DNA of 64,000 nucleotides from Camelus ferus (GCF_009834535.1 NC_045730.1:12152001-12216000), one strand, 5' to 3'. Counted from the stretch's first letter, positions 1-12,951 are shown. Numbers and translations: made by a program. The notes: a model not told the origin generated them from the sequence alone.

Positions 1-225
1 TCTTCCCACCAGTAACCAGGTGTTTCTTTTCTATATCTGTGAGTCTGTTTCTTTTTTGTTATGCATTCACTAGTGTGTTGTATTTTTTAGATTCCACATA
101 TAAGTGAGATAATACAGTCTTTGACTTATTTCGCTTAGCATAATGCACTCCAGGTTCATCCATGTTGCTTGCAAATGGCAAAATTTCATTCCTTTTTATG
201 GCTGCATAGTATTCCATTGTGTATA
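1..225 (-). mobile_element. LINE-1 3' end fragment
   Basis: Typical antisense L1 3' text (attccacatataagtgagat...ccatgttgcttgcaaatggc...tttttatggctgcatagtattccattgtgtata). Confidence 0.8.
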
Positions 226-1902
226 GGTAATTCTCTCATTTCTTGGAAAGCTTAAACCTCCCAAGTTGGGATTGTAAGGGGGCAACTTTCAAATCCTTTT
301 TATGACCAGAATCACCAGAAGTCTACATGATGGGGAAAGTTATATGCTGTATCTCCAATTTGATATTCTAGTTGTAACTCATGTCACCTCAGATGCCAAT
401 CCAATGTGTCTGATTAAAATTAGAATATCCCTCTTAGCAGACTAGAGAAAAAATATCAATTTGAGATATTAATTTCCTAAGAATTAAGTTTGACCACTCT
501 TCATCAACATCTCAAAATATAGCCTCTAAATTTTGATTTAGTTCATGCATTTATAGACAGTTAATCACCCACCATGAGGTAATAAGGTTATTATTACTTG
601 TCTGAAACCATTTCTGTGACAGCCCAGTTGTCTACAACTAGGTCACAAGGTTCTTCTGGAAACTTCTTTTTTAAAAAAATACAGCCTTTTAAATAATATG
701 TCTATAGAATTTTCAATTAAATTATGAAAAAGTAAATGCCCTTCCTTTAAAAATTGTGTTTAGTGGTTGACTTGCTTCTGGCCTAGAAGCAGCGTCTCTG
801 ATCTCAATAATACCCTGACACTAGCAGCCCAGCGAAGGAGTGAGTTAGGAAGGAGCGTGGAGTAAACCAATATGAGAGGGCTTTATGTGGCCAGCTCTGT
901 GGGACAGTCACATGTGACTACAGTGTGTACAGGGCACGTGAAGAACTTCAGTGGGACAAAGCAGAACACAGGAGTATGTGATGGCACAAAGCAGGTGAAC
1001 TACAGGTGCGCCAGGTGAAAGGAGAAACTGCTTCACGCCCCAGGGGTCGGGAAGACTTACCCTGAGTTCTGGCTTGCACCATGTGCCCCCAAGCCAAGGG
1101 TGGTACCATGTGCATTGGTTTGTTAAACTGAACTGAGATGGCCTTGAAGCCAAGTGGGAATTCATCAGTGGAGGCTAGACAAGGGGCCTCCTAGGCAGAG
1201 GAGCCCGAGAACCAGTAAGTGTCAGGGCCAGGAATGTGCAAGATGTCCTTGGAGAAGTGGGGATAGTCCAGATAGGCAGGTGAGTTGAGTGCAGGATGCT
1301 TATCATGTCTCATACTGGGGTTGGGCCATTCCCATTTGCATGGTGCCAGCCCATATCTAGACTACTCACGCCCAGCTTGCCTGCTTGGTATCTCTCTGGC
1401 CTGTGTTTACTGCAATTGGAAGATCATGCAACAGAAGCCTGGATTTTTGGCTTTTTGTGCAAGTTCCTGGGTCCAACGCCTAGAATGTGCACTTCACAAA
1501 GGTATGGGGGAGTTTCTGAAGCATCTTCACATTTGAGAGTTACTGCCTGGCCTGGTGAGGAGGTCACTGGAACTTTTTGATCAAGGAAGTAAAAGCTGTA
1601 TTTCAGATGCAATCACGTGCAGAACTGATTGTGGGAGGAAGAGACTGGCATCAAGGAAGCCATGTTGGAAGTGACTATATAACGGTCCAGACAAAAACCC
1701 GTAAGACCCAAACCAAGTAGAAGTAGGGATGGGAAAATAAATCAAATACATAATAGACGAATTGGTTGGATCAGAGTGGTGAGAAAGAGTGGGTTATAAA
1801 AGACAGCCTGAAATTTCAACTCTCATATGTCAGGAAAACATTCAATTATGTCTTCCTTCCCCTCCCCCACCTCCCAACTCCTCCTCTCCCTGCCTCTCTC
1901 CT

Positions 1903-1903
<1 letters not shown>

Positions 1904-1949
<46 letters not shown>

Positions 1950-1950
1950 A
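1904..1950. repeat. (CA)n microsatellite
   Basis: About 23 AC units with two AT interruptions. Confidence 0.95.
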
Positions 1951-3149
1951 GAGGAAAATAATTTCTCTTGGAAATCATGTTAGGGAAAGTTGTTGGTGAG
2001 CCATTCAGATGGCAGAGAAATGAAATTTGGGTCTAAAACTATGGAGAGAAATTGGATCAAGATCATTTCTCTCTGTTGGGTTTCTATGTGGACATAATAG
2101 GTGGGCTTCTAATAACAGATGAAATCTGTCTCAAATTAATGCTGCTTTTTAACCACGGTAGAATGAAAAGCACCTTCAACAAATAGAATGGATTTACCTA
2201 TAAACCACAGCATCTTTGAATGTCTGACACTCTTCCTGAGCAAAGTTCACATCTTTAAAGTCTTACTGATGACTGTGATGTTGAAAATGTATTCTCGGCA
2301 CTCATTTTAGCTTCATGGCCTCTGACTAAGTTTCATCTGAATGCTTTGTCTGTAAATAGATCTCATAAACATGAATAGAAGCAACATTGTTGCGTACAGT
2401 AACATCCATACACGTTTGTGTGTGTTCCATGAGCAACAGAGGAAGAGCTGTGACATTTAAGGGTCTCCTGAGTGCAGGGCTATGAAACCCAAGAGGCACA
2501 CTGTGTAGAAGAGATTAAAATAGAATTTTAGGCAGACTGACTTTGGGTCAGCTGACGGCTCCTTGGAGTATTAATTGTAACTTGGCAGGCTTGTGTGTTG
2601 TTAATGGAACCATGATAACATTAGGGTCTTAGTTCTTCCATCAAAGCTTAAAAAAAAACTGGACAGTGTGTCCAGTCTACACATGAACATAGTTCTGTTT
2701 GGTAACGGAATGGGAAAGCACTTTTCCACACAGAGGTACCATATTTGGGCCTTTATGATGGATAGCACACCTTCCCTCCACCTCAGGGATGCAGTAGCCT
2801 TAGGAAGCTTCCTATGGGCAAGTTCACACAAAACCAGTTACCTTTCCGTAGTTTGCAAATGAGGACGTTGAGCGGGTGAGACTTTCCAGCTTCTGGTCCT
2901 GATGGTGCATCGTTTCATTGGAAGCGGCCGTAGGCAGTTTGGTTCATAATAGAATGAAAGACGTCACCAACCACTTCATCCCCCTTCTTGGAGGTAGATG
3001 AATTTGTCATTTGCCTGTGGTCCTTGCTGAATGCGTGTGATACCCTGCCTGACACGTGACAGCTGCCGTGACAGCTGCCATGCCATCCACCGCTCCATCG
3101 GCTGGCCCACCTGGTGGGCAGGGTCTGGGCGAGCCATGGTACCTTCCTA

Positions 3150-3432
3150 TTTTTCCTCCTAGTTTTATTGAGATGTAATTGTCAAAGAGCACTGTGTAAG
3201 TACAGCATAATGGTCTGACTTACACACATGAACTTATTGCCACAGGAAGTTTAGTGAACATCCATCATCCATAGATACAAAATTAAATAGAAAAAAAAAG
3301 TTTCCTTATGAGAACTCTTAGGATTTACTCTTAACAACTCTTATATATAACGCACAGCCATGTTAATTATATTTATCACGTTGTACATTACATCCCTGCA
3401 CTTACTTATCATATAACTGGGAGTTTGTACTT
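3150..3432 (-). mobile_element. Old LINE-1 3' end fragment
   Basis: ttttattgagatgtaattg...agagcactgtgtaagt...agtttagtgaacatccatcatc...gagaactcttaggatttactct; a related copy lies at ~25625-25795. Confidence 0.65.
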
Positions 3433-3489
3433 TTCTTGTCCAGCAGCCTGAGCCACAGAAGATGCCAGCCCTGGAAAGCTGTTCATTTA

Positions 3490-3503
3490 CTGCCACCTAG
3501 TGG
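3490..3503 (-). promoter_or_regulatory. Candidate CTCF site
   Basis: Reverse complement CCACTAGGTGGCAG matches the CTCF core CCASYAGRKGGCRS; occupancy is unknown. Confidence 0.5.
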
Positions 3504-3820
3504 TTTTGAAATCAAAGGTCTCTTCCAGTTTCTTTTAGAGGGAGTTTTCAGTCTTGTCAGATTTACCTGGAAACTGAAATGATGCATACATCTGTTTAGG
3601 GTGGGGTTATTAATGTGCCAGGAGACAGAATGCCGTTACTGGTGTGTTCATTTGTTGAAGTGGAAGACCTTAATTTAGTTCTGTTGGGACTGGCAGTACC
3701 CTCAGAGGTGTGTGTATTGTGTACACACACACGCCCCAGAAATCAGATCTGTGATCATTTCTTCTCTTTGTGGCCTGGAGAGGACACTCAATCCTTATTG
3801 GTGGGACAATCAGTATAAAC

Positions 3821-4041
3821 CAGAAATTCTCGGTCGGGTGCAGTTTTGTTCCCCTCCCCCACGGACATTTAACAATGCCTGGAGACATTCTTGTTTGTCA
3901 CAGATTGGGGGAGGGGATGCTCCTGGCATCTAGTGAGTAGAGGCCGGGGATGCTGCTAAATATCCTACAGTGCACAGGCAGCCCCCCACAAAAAAAGAAT
4001 GACCTGGCTCCAGTGGTCAAGTGCCAAGGTTGAGAGGCCTG
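3821..4041 (+). mobile_element. MER20-like hAT DNA transposon relic
   Basis: Full-length match to the recalled MER20 consensus (ggagacattcttgtttgtcac...ggcatctagtgagtagaggccggggatgctgctaaatatcctacagtgcacagg...ggttgagaggcctg). Confidence 0.85.
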
Positions 4042-4433
4042 CTATAGAGCCATCTGGGTTCCTCATTTTGCTCCAACACAGCTCTTTCTCTCCTCTGCAC
4101 ATCACAGAGTGCACACCCCCCCCCTCTTAGTTGGCGTCAGCACCACTTAAAATGAAGAAATGGGTCCTTTGTCAGCCAAGTGGCCAACCTGTGCCCCCCC
4201 CCGCCCCCGCCTCCCGTGGACAGCCCTGGGAGAGCTTCCTCACGCCCACCTCACACCGCAGCGGGCTGTCTTAACCAGACCAAGCTAACTCCTCTACCCC
4301 GTGCTTCCCCCGTCTCAGTGGGAGGCAAGGGAGGGGCCGGGACGCCGTCCCCTGGATGGGAGCCCTTGCCCCTGCACTGTCTTTATTGAAAGCTTCGGTG
4401 CTCACTCCACGAACGGTCTGCTCCCCCCGCCAG

Positions 4434-4564
4434 TGACCTGGAAGACTTCGTTGAAGACTTAAAGAAGGACTCTGCATCGGCCAGCCGCGTGGTCACTCTA
4501 AAAGACGTGGAAGACGGGGCCTTCCTCCTGCGCCAGGTGGGCGAAGCCGTAGCTTCCCTGAAAG
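4434..4564 (+). CDS. KIAA1217: KIAA1217/SKT coding exon (DLEDFVEDLKKD...VASLK)
   Basis: ccag|T GAC CTG...AAA G|gtgagc; 131 nt, phase 2 to 1; peptide matches recalled SKT. The preceding exon was not found in the window. Confidence 0.93.
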
Positions 4565-5093
4565 GTGAGCGGCCTCCTTGGAGGCAGAAGTCTTAAGCGC
4601 GATTCCTGAGGTGTTTAAAGATCTGTTAATGCTGAAGGAGTCACGCACGCCTGCGGTGCAGCCCGTGTGCTGGGTGCTCCTCTGGGCGCTTGGGATACCT
4701 CATTCAACAAAACAGGCAAGCACCCCTGTCTTCTTGGAGCCGACATTGCAGAGAGTGCTGTGATGCTTAGGACTAAATGGTACCAATAACAGTTTCTCTT
4801 CTCTGGGCTCTTAACAATGCACCAGGGCATCTGTGACAAATGTATTAAAGACAGTCCAAGGGATGCTTGAACTTGTCCCTGATTTACAGATAGGAAATGA
4901 GACCTAGCAGGTCTCCGCCCTTGCCCGAGCTCACATTGAACCCAGCTGCGGCACTGCCTCCTGAAGACGCGTGAGCCGCGCGGTGGAGGGCGAACCCCAC
5001 ACCTCTCAACCCTGTCCGGTGTCCGGGTGCGGGGCAGGGGGCTTGCTGTTCTGGCCTTTTCTCCTACAGCTCACCACTGCTCTTGGCCTGCAG

Positions 5094-5241
5094 GAGAATT
5101 CCCAACCTTACAAAACAAGATGCGAGCCATCCTGCGCATAGAAGTGGAGGCCGTGCGGTTTCTGAAGGAGGAGCCGCACCGGCTGGACAGTCTCCTGCAG
5201 AGAGTGAGGAGCATGACGGACACTCTGACCATGTTGCGGAG
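5094..5241 (+). CDS. KIAA1217: KIAA1217 coding exon (GEFPTLQNKMRAILRIEVEAVRFLKEEP...TMLR)
   Basis: gcag|GA GAA TTC...CGG AG|gtgacc; 148 nt, phase 1 to 2. Confidence 0.95.
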
Positions 5242-7393
5242 GTGACCACGGCTTCCCGAGGGACAGGGTGGGTCCTGGGAGGATGGGGAGGAGCTTTGAG
5301 GACTCCTGGGGCTCTCCCCCCCTCGCCCCATCTTCATTGTCACGAGACTAATCACACCTTATTTCAGTGTCCTGAGAAGAAACAGTGGCTCCTTCCCACC
5401 TTGAAAATTCTGTTGCCATGTGGCTTAAGGTCCTGACTCCTCAGCACAGCTTGCTACCTCAGGCATGTCCTAGGGCTGAAAAATAGTGAATGCAGTAAAT
5501 ATTTTTTAAAAAGTCATTTGCATGAGTCTAAAAACCCACTTTTCATAACATTTTGAAGTTGAACGATGGGTCAAATTATTTTATCAGCCTCGTTCACTTC
5601 AGGAGCATAGGTGGCTTCCATTAGAAGAAAATGAGTGGAAACAAATGAAGCCTTTCTTGAATGACCCACTGGAAGAGCATGTAAGTCCCACTTAGTAAGG
5701 AGCATCGCAGCCCCTTGGGTGGCACAGGCCAGTCACCCGCACCGCGGATGCGCCCGCCCGCACAGGAAGTCACAGTGGAGGGAAGACTGAAAAATCACTG
5801 GCTCATCATGACATTCATTGAAAAGAATATGCCCCAACTTCACACCTACATTAAAGGTGCCGGTCCTGTACGCATGCTGGGTTTGCGCTGCTCGGAGCAC
5901 CATGATAGACTCTGTTTTTGGGTGACAATTAGGTCTCTTTCTTCTCCACAGACTAGCTGACAGCCATGAGTACTTTCCATGTATCAGGCACTGAACTAAG
6001 CCCTTTACACGTTGTAGCCCATTCAGTCCTAATTAAAAACCGCATGGGGAAGGCACTCATGTTATTCTCATTTCACAGGTAGACCCGGAGGTTTGGGGAG
6101 GCTCACAGAGGGTAGGAGGTGGGGCTGGGATTTGGGCTGACAGTTTGACCCCAGAGTTGCTGTTGGTTCTGATCTCACAGCCAGGCAGTCAGTAATATCA
6201 GACATTCTGTCTGCTCCAGCTCACGTGTTGGTTGTCAAGAATATAATCATAAAACAAACAGGACCCCTGCCTTCATAAAATTGCCTCTCTCACGTGGGAA
6301 ATTGACACAACTACCACAAATAAACCACTTCTCAACAGTGGCAGTCCTGAATTTACCATTGTTGAATCTGAGGTGCTGGAGGGATATCCAAACAGAGTTG
6401 CACATGAGCCACTTGGAATGTGGGTTGAAGTTCAAGAGACAGAGTTAGACGGGGTCCCTGCCTAACTCAGAGGAAGGAGAGATTTAGAATTGGAAGTCAC
6501 CTTCATGAAGATGATTATTGGCGATGGAAGAGATGGCTATGGTAGAACAAGAAGGAAAGGAGGAAACAGATCCTTGGGGATTTGGGATTGAAGGGATGAG
6601 GTAGATAAAGAGCAACAGAAGCCAAGAAGTGGTCATAGTGCCGTTTTTCAAATCAAAAAAAGATAGCATTTTGGTAAGAAGGGAATGAGGGACTAAATCA
6701 AAATTATGGGTCAAGTACTACGTTTGACAATGTCTTCCGTGTAACTAAAGTGGTCACAGCAACCAGCCCAGAGGGCGGTGTTGAAAGGCACCATCACCAC
6801 TGTCATCGTCGTCACTGGTACCGTTCATAGACTGCTTTTCTATAGAACAGTATCTGGGGCTCACAGAGGTAAAGTTCCCAACATTCTAGAGCCAGAACAC
6901 AGTAGAACTGACATTCAGACATAGGCCTGACACCGAAGGTCGTGTCTTTTCCTCTGCACCGTGGATGGAGACAGACACTCCGCATCAAATGACCTAAAAG
7001 AGCAGAGGAGGATGAGGGCTGACCCAGCTGTTAGATTTGAAGAAAGGCCTAGTCAGGCCGGGTGGGGGTGGGGGGGCACCAGACTGAGCGGCAGGAGGAG
7101 CAAGCAAAAGGAATTAGAATATAAACCACCCTCCCAGGATGCGTGGCAGTGAAAGGAGGAGAGTGAAGGAAGCTTTGGGGGTTAGAACTGAGCATCCCTG
7201 GCTGCTGCCCAGGCTGGGATTGGGTGGAGGAGTTATTGTTAGAATCATGTGTTCACTTTATGCCACCACCACCCAAAGGGTGATGAAAGGACATCAGTCT
7301 GGACACAAGAGTGGGAGTGGAAAGGGAACACTAGACCCTCTCCTGAGGGAAGACGCAAGAAGGCAGCTGCCGAGATAACCAGGGGGCAGTTAG

Positions 7394-7407
7394 GTTGCTA
7401 TGGAAAC
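7394..7407 (+). promoter_or_regulatory. RFX X-box motif
   Basis: GTTGCTATGGAAAC fits the 14-bp X-box consensus GTYNCYATRGNAAC. Confidence 0.55.
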
Positions 7408-7557
7408 CCTCCACGCCAAGCTGCTACTCGGGGTTGTAGAATGTCTTCGTTGGGCAACGCGAGCTTACCGGGCTTTGGGATGACACAGCCCTCAAGGATC
7501 CCCTAAAAATAAAATGCGAGCCTCAGCAGTTAACGCTGCTGTGCGTCCTTTCTCCAG

Positions 7558-8005
7558 GCATGTCACCGATGGGCTCTTGAAAGGCACCGACGCAGCCCAG
7601 GCCGCACAGTATGTCGCTATGGAGAAGGCCACAGCCGCCGACGTCCTGAAGGCGCAGGAGGAGGCTCCCCACGCCTCGGGCCAGCCCCTCCCCAGCGCGG
7701 GCGTCCCTGGGGACGTGAAGTCGGAAGTGGTGCCCCTGACCGTGCACCACGCCCAGAGCTCCCCTGTGGTCATCCAGCCGTCCCAGCTCTCCTCCGCGCT
7801 GCTGAACCCTGCCCAGCACCCGCCTGGAGGGGCCGGCCCTCACCCGGCCAGCCCTCCCGCGGCCACACAGGAGGTGACCTCGGCTCTGCAGACGGCGCAG
7901 GGTCCTCAGTCCCCACAGATGCCCGTGAATGGTTCTGCCATGCAGAGCCTGTTCATCGAGGAGATCCACGGCGTGAGCGCCAGGAACAGGGCCGTGTCTA
8001 TTGAG
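7558..8005 (+). CDS. KIAA1217: KIAA1217 coding exon (HVTDGLLKGTD...RAVSIE)
   Basis: ctccag|G CAT GTC...ATT GAG|gtagag; 448 nt, phase 2 to 0. Confidence 0.95.
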
Positions 8006-8920
8006 GTAGAGTTCGCTTTCGGTTTCTCGGAATTCGGTGAAGGAGGAAGGGACACGGTCCTTTCCCTCCCAGGGTTTACAGTCTGGTTGTAGAGATAATG
8101 CATATATGTATCCAAGGTATATTTTTATATTTGAAATGGAAGTACTAAATATTTTATTTATTTTGCTTTTTTTCTTTAAGTGAAACAAAAATATGAAAAG
8201 CTGATACAAAAAAATGCAAGAGATTCCTCATTCAGCAGTGTCATTACATTAGGAATGCAATTCCATTAGGCCCGTGGAAATCTTCATTTATCCAATTTTC
8301 ACACATTTTAATGTAAAATTTTCATAAGTTTATAAAATATTTGTAAAATATACTATAAAATGTGAAATACATTTTATCAAATAAATGTGTATTATCAAAT
8401 ATATGTTTTATCAAAATATGCATTTTATATTTTTACCCAAAAAATATATATAACTTTCTATTTTATCTATATATGATGTAAACTGATATCAACGAGTGTT
8501 TTGGTGTTGGTTTCTCTCTCTTTGAACATCACTATGATGAAAACTCAGTGTAGGAAAAGAGTTACAGGATCCATACCTTTGCGAGCACATCTTTGTATCT
8601 CTTTCCATGGGCGTTGGTAGAGGTACATAGTAAATGCTCAGTAATAATTTGATGAATGGATGATGGGATTTCTGAGCTTGCTTCTCTGCAAATGGGTATC
8701 ACTTGGGCTTCCGTGGTAGCCTGTTTATAGAGGCACAACAGACAGCACGGGTCAGGTCTGTCTGATGTGCGGACATGTCCCTGGGCTTGGAAGCTGGAGC
8801 ATCATTTTACCAACGCGTTAACTGTGTTATGCTTCCCCTACCCCGATATGAAATCTCGGGACTATCAATTAGCCTTTCCAGCTGGTTTTTAAACTTTATT
8901 CACTTGCTGTTGTCCTTCAG

Positions 8921-9104
8921 AAAGCAGAAAGGAAGTGGGAGGAGAAGAGGCAAAATCTGGACCACTATAATGGGAAAGAGTTTGAGAAGCTCCTAGAGGA
9001 AGCTCAAGCCAATATTATGAAGTCAATTCCAAACCTGGAGATGCCGCCAGCCTCGGGCCCACAGCCAAAGGGCGATGCTCTAGGAGACAAGCTAGAACTT
9101 TCAG
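8921..9104 (+). CDS. KIAA1217: KIAA1217 coding exon (KAERKWEEKRQNLDHYNGKEFEKLLEEAQ...ELS)
   Basis: ccttcag|AAA GCA...TCA G|gtaacc; 184 nt, phase 0 to 1. Confidence 0.95.
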
Positions 9105-10611
9105 GTAACCGAGGTACTAACCGAGTGCACGTACTGGCTGCCCTCGGGCAGTGTGGTGCTGCCCACGTCTGCACGTGCCGGCCAACGGGACCAATCTCTC
9201 ACTTCCTAAGAATCTTATAAATTAAAAAAAAAATTTAATTGGAAGAACAAAGCCTCAGGTGTCCCTCGAGCCTCACTCCTACCTTTTAACTATAACCACA
9301 GTAGGGAAGCCGTGTTCTGCGTTAGGATTCTAGAACAATGCCCACTAAGGAAAAAGGCAGAGTCCCAGCTTCTGCCTTTTCTACGAGTTTATGACCCTTC
9401 ACAGCACCAGCTGGGAGAATATGAGGCCTGCGTTTAAATGGAGAGCTTTTCATGGGCTGCAGAAAGAAAATGCCAGCTTTTATGAGCTCTCAGGGGCATA
9501 TTAGATCATAAGGCCAAACTGCATTTTTTAAATCAAAATTATTACATGGTATATTTAACCAACTAAACTATGGAAATTAAGCATCAATGTGTCAATAACA
9601 GTATAAAATAGCTGTTAAAAAAAAAACCTACTTAATCTTAAGCCAATTACAAACCACGTGCCTTATTCTGATCTTAAAATTATAGACAAAGACATTATTT
9701 TACTTGCAGCCAATGTTTCTCAGAGTCCCATTCAGTGATGTCTCATGCAGTGACTAAAATTAATTTGAAAAAGAATCACCATCTTGACTTGCCTGGCAAG
9801 GAGCGTGAATGTGGAATGACCAGTGTAACACTCTCCTCCCAAATTTCTGTTCCCCCAGCTGCTCTAAAACATCACTCTTTGAAACTTTCCCCCTCAGTCT
9901 ATGCTGAGTTTTTCACCTCCTTTCCCACCTGCTAACTGTGTGAGCCCTGTCCAGGGCCCTGGAGGGTCAGACAAGGCCTGGACATGGGAGATGTGTCTCT
10001 GCTCTCACAAAGATGGCTTTTCTCCCAAAGTTCCCAGGCAGGAATTCCAGCGGATAAAATGATCTACCTCATTAGGGTGTCTCTCTGGCCTAATTCTGGT
10101 TCCTCTCATTATTAATTTTCTCATCTAGTCCTTTGATGTCTTATAATTATAAATAAATTATAAATCAGTGATCATTTTTGCTTCCCACGATTGTACAACA
10201 AAAATAATCACATTACATTTTTTTTTAACTTACCTTGTTTGGGCTTTTTATTCTTTCAGATTTAAAAAATTTTGCATACATTATTTTTTAAATTACTCTC
10301 CAGAGTATCTTTACTCCGTTCAAGTGTTCTTACTGTTGTTTTCTTTCTTTTTTTTTTTTCTTTTTTAATTCATGGCCTGAGTTCTTTCTTGATAGAATGT
10401 CATATTTAGCCCACCAGAAGTGTATAAATCTGTAAATGCTGATTTCTGTAATTTTTATTTGTTTGTCATGGGTGTTACCGCTTTTATTTATTTTTGCTTA
10501 CTAACAAGGTAAAATTCTAAGCTTGGGGTTTTTTAAAACCATTTGTATTTCCTTTTGTGTGAATTGTCTGAGTACTTAGATCTTAGGTACTTCCCTCTTG
10601 GGAAGGATGGA

Positions 10612-11125
10612 TGGCCCCCAAAAATCAATGGAGAATTTGGGGGCTTGTGGCCTCAGTGTTAAGGCAAAAATATTCACCGAGACATATGTTTTCAAACAGC
10701 AAAGAAGGCTTTTTTCAAGACTATTGCCATGAGAGAGAGAAACTGAACTTCACTCTGGGTGCTGCGTATCAGGGAGGGGGGTCATGCTAACGGCAGGCCA
10801 AGGGCGTAGCTGTCAGTGGTAAAGAATGAATGAAGACCGAAGGTCAAGATGGGGGTGTAGGGGGTTGCTAAACTAACCTGAGGGTCTTTATTAAAACTAG
10901 GCTCAGCAGACCAAGGGCAGGGTCTAGTGCACAAAAGGGGTCAGAGGAGCCTGAATCAAGCTGGGCATAGAGGGAGCCTGTGTCGTTACATACGAGGGGG
11001 AGACTGGAGCCCACCTCCAGGGGCCCTCGGCCTGTGCCCATCCCCAGAAGCAGCCATCCTGAGGCTGGGCTCTGCACGAGACAGAGACTGTCCGCTACAC
11101 AGAATCACTGGTGTGTCACCCTGAC
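10612..11125. mobile_element. Probable degraded LTR (ERV-type)
   Basis: LTR-like composition only; family and ends not resolved. Confidence 0.3.
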
Positions 11126-11809
11126 GACTTCCCCAAGTCTTCATTCCAACTTAAAGTAGAAAGTCCTCAAGCACCTCCTCTAAGCAACTGTCTCAGCTGC
11201 TCGGAAAAGACAGACACGCTCCCAGGAGGCCAGGCTACATCCCCAGAGCTGGGGCAAAGGCCAGCTGGAAGCTTCCAGCCCACATTGCTGGTTTCACGGC
11301 TTTTGTGAGCACTTGGGTAGAGGGTTAGTATCCGGCAGGGGCAAGGGGTGTTGATGAAGGAATGAAGCTGTTTGAGTTTTGAGTAAAAAAATGCCTTTTT
11401 CTGGGGAAACTCAGCACCTGGCTGCCTCTCCTAACCTTTTTTCTCCTAACCTAAATTTATTAATCCCTCCTTTCTGTGTTTGCTGCCTTCATGCATTAGC
11501 AGAGAGCCTTTTCTAACCGTATAACCATGACTGAAGAAAATAATCCACTTTCTCCGATGTTTTTCTCTGACCCCATCTGTCTCCCCTCCCTTCTGGCTCT
11601 TCCTGGGCCAGATTCTACTCGAACATCCTCGACATGAATCCTTCCTACTAACAGACTAGGGATGATGTTTTCCACACTAGGGATGAAGGCCCTGGAGACC
11701 ATGCAGGGGCCCCTAGATTTGCCTTTAGGCCCCGATCTTTGATTTCTCCGAGTAACACCAACTTTTTGGGTAACAAATTTGCTTAATAATAACAGGTCAT
11801 ACTTGCATA

Positions 11810-11985
11810 GCATTTACTATAAGCCAAGCTCTATTCTAAATGCTTTATGTATATTAAACCACTGAATCTTCACAACACCCTAGTGGCGAAGGTATAATTA
11901 GCATACCCATTTAACAGATGAGAAAACTGAGGCAGAGAGAGGTTAATGAACTTGCGCAGGGCCTTTCTGGGACTTTAAACCAGTC
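11810..11985 (-). mobile_element. MIR SINE
   Basis: MIR core cccatttaacagatgagaaaactgaggcagagagaggttaatgaacttgc. Confidence 0.8.
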
Positions 11986-12127
11986 AGGCTTTGGGGTCTT
12001 TATCTTTCATTGTTATACTATGGAGAGAACAGAGAAGTAAATTTTAAGTCTGAGTTTATAGAACTACACTGGACTTTCTGGATGTTATCTTGAAAGATGA
12101 TTTTTGCAATGACACATTGTCTTCCAG

Positions 12128-12291
12128 AAGACTCTCCAAATTCAGAACAGGACTTGGACAAGCTGGGGGGTAAGTCCCCACCGCCTCCTCCCCCGCCGCC
12201 ACGGCGGAGCTACCTGCCAGGATCGGGGCTCACCACCACGAGGTCCGGCGACGTGGTCTACACCAGCAGGAAGGAGAACATTGCTGCTAAG
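12128..12291 (+). CDS. KIAA1217: KIAA1217 coding exon (EDSPNSEQDLDKLGGKSPPPPPPPPRR...IAAK), proline-rich
   Basis: ttccag|AA GAC...GCT AAG|gtctga; 164 nt, phase 1 to 0. Confidence 0.95.
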
Positions 12292-12951
12292 GTCTGACGG
12301 GTTAAGCCCTGATAAACTGGTCTCTGGGTTCAGATGATGCCCTCAGAAAAAGTCTTCTCTGCTCTCATAGCCAGGCAGAGAAGTGGAGAGTAAATCTCCA
12401 AGGATGCACCACAGATGGAAAATGTCAGCCAATGTTATTGGACTAGATTGAGCACCAGGAGCTGTAGCCCTATTTGACTTTAAGCTGCGATCCCCAGCTA
12501 CTTCCCCAGCAAAGCATCCTAAGATTGAAAATGGGGATCAGAGGGGGAAGCAAAAGGAAGATCGCCTCACAGAGGTAACTGAGACTAGCTGACACAGTCA
12601 GGGAATCTATACAGAAAGAGGTTCAGCGAGCTTTAACTTCCACTTAACTTGGCAAGTTGTGTCTTTTATGTTAAATGTAAAATACGGTCTCCAAGGAGGG
12701 CCTTTCTTAAAGAAATTGAAGTTGAGGAGTTACAGTTTTATTATAATTCTTCAATCCATGCACCAAAGCGACAGCATGGGCAAAGAAAAACCCAAACTAA
12801 ATGCAAGTGGACAAAACAGCCTTCCAGCTCAGTAAGCTGGGAAGCCAGTGCAGCGGACAGTGAGGGAACGTGTGCTGGATTGTGATCTGACCCTCTTTTT
12901 GCCTGCGCTGGGGGTGTTAAGCCAGTATCTTTTGGTCTGAATCTTGCGCAG

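Noticed and set aside
7523-8209. 228-aa minus-strand ORF
   Set aside because: Shadow of the 448-nt KIAA1217 exon extended into AT-rich intron.
8250-8480. AT-rich stretch with short imperfect repeats
   Set aside because: Low-complexity intronic sequence with no defined unit or inverted termini.
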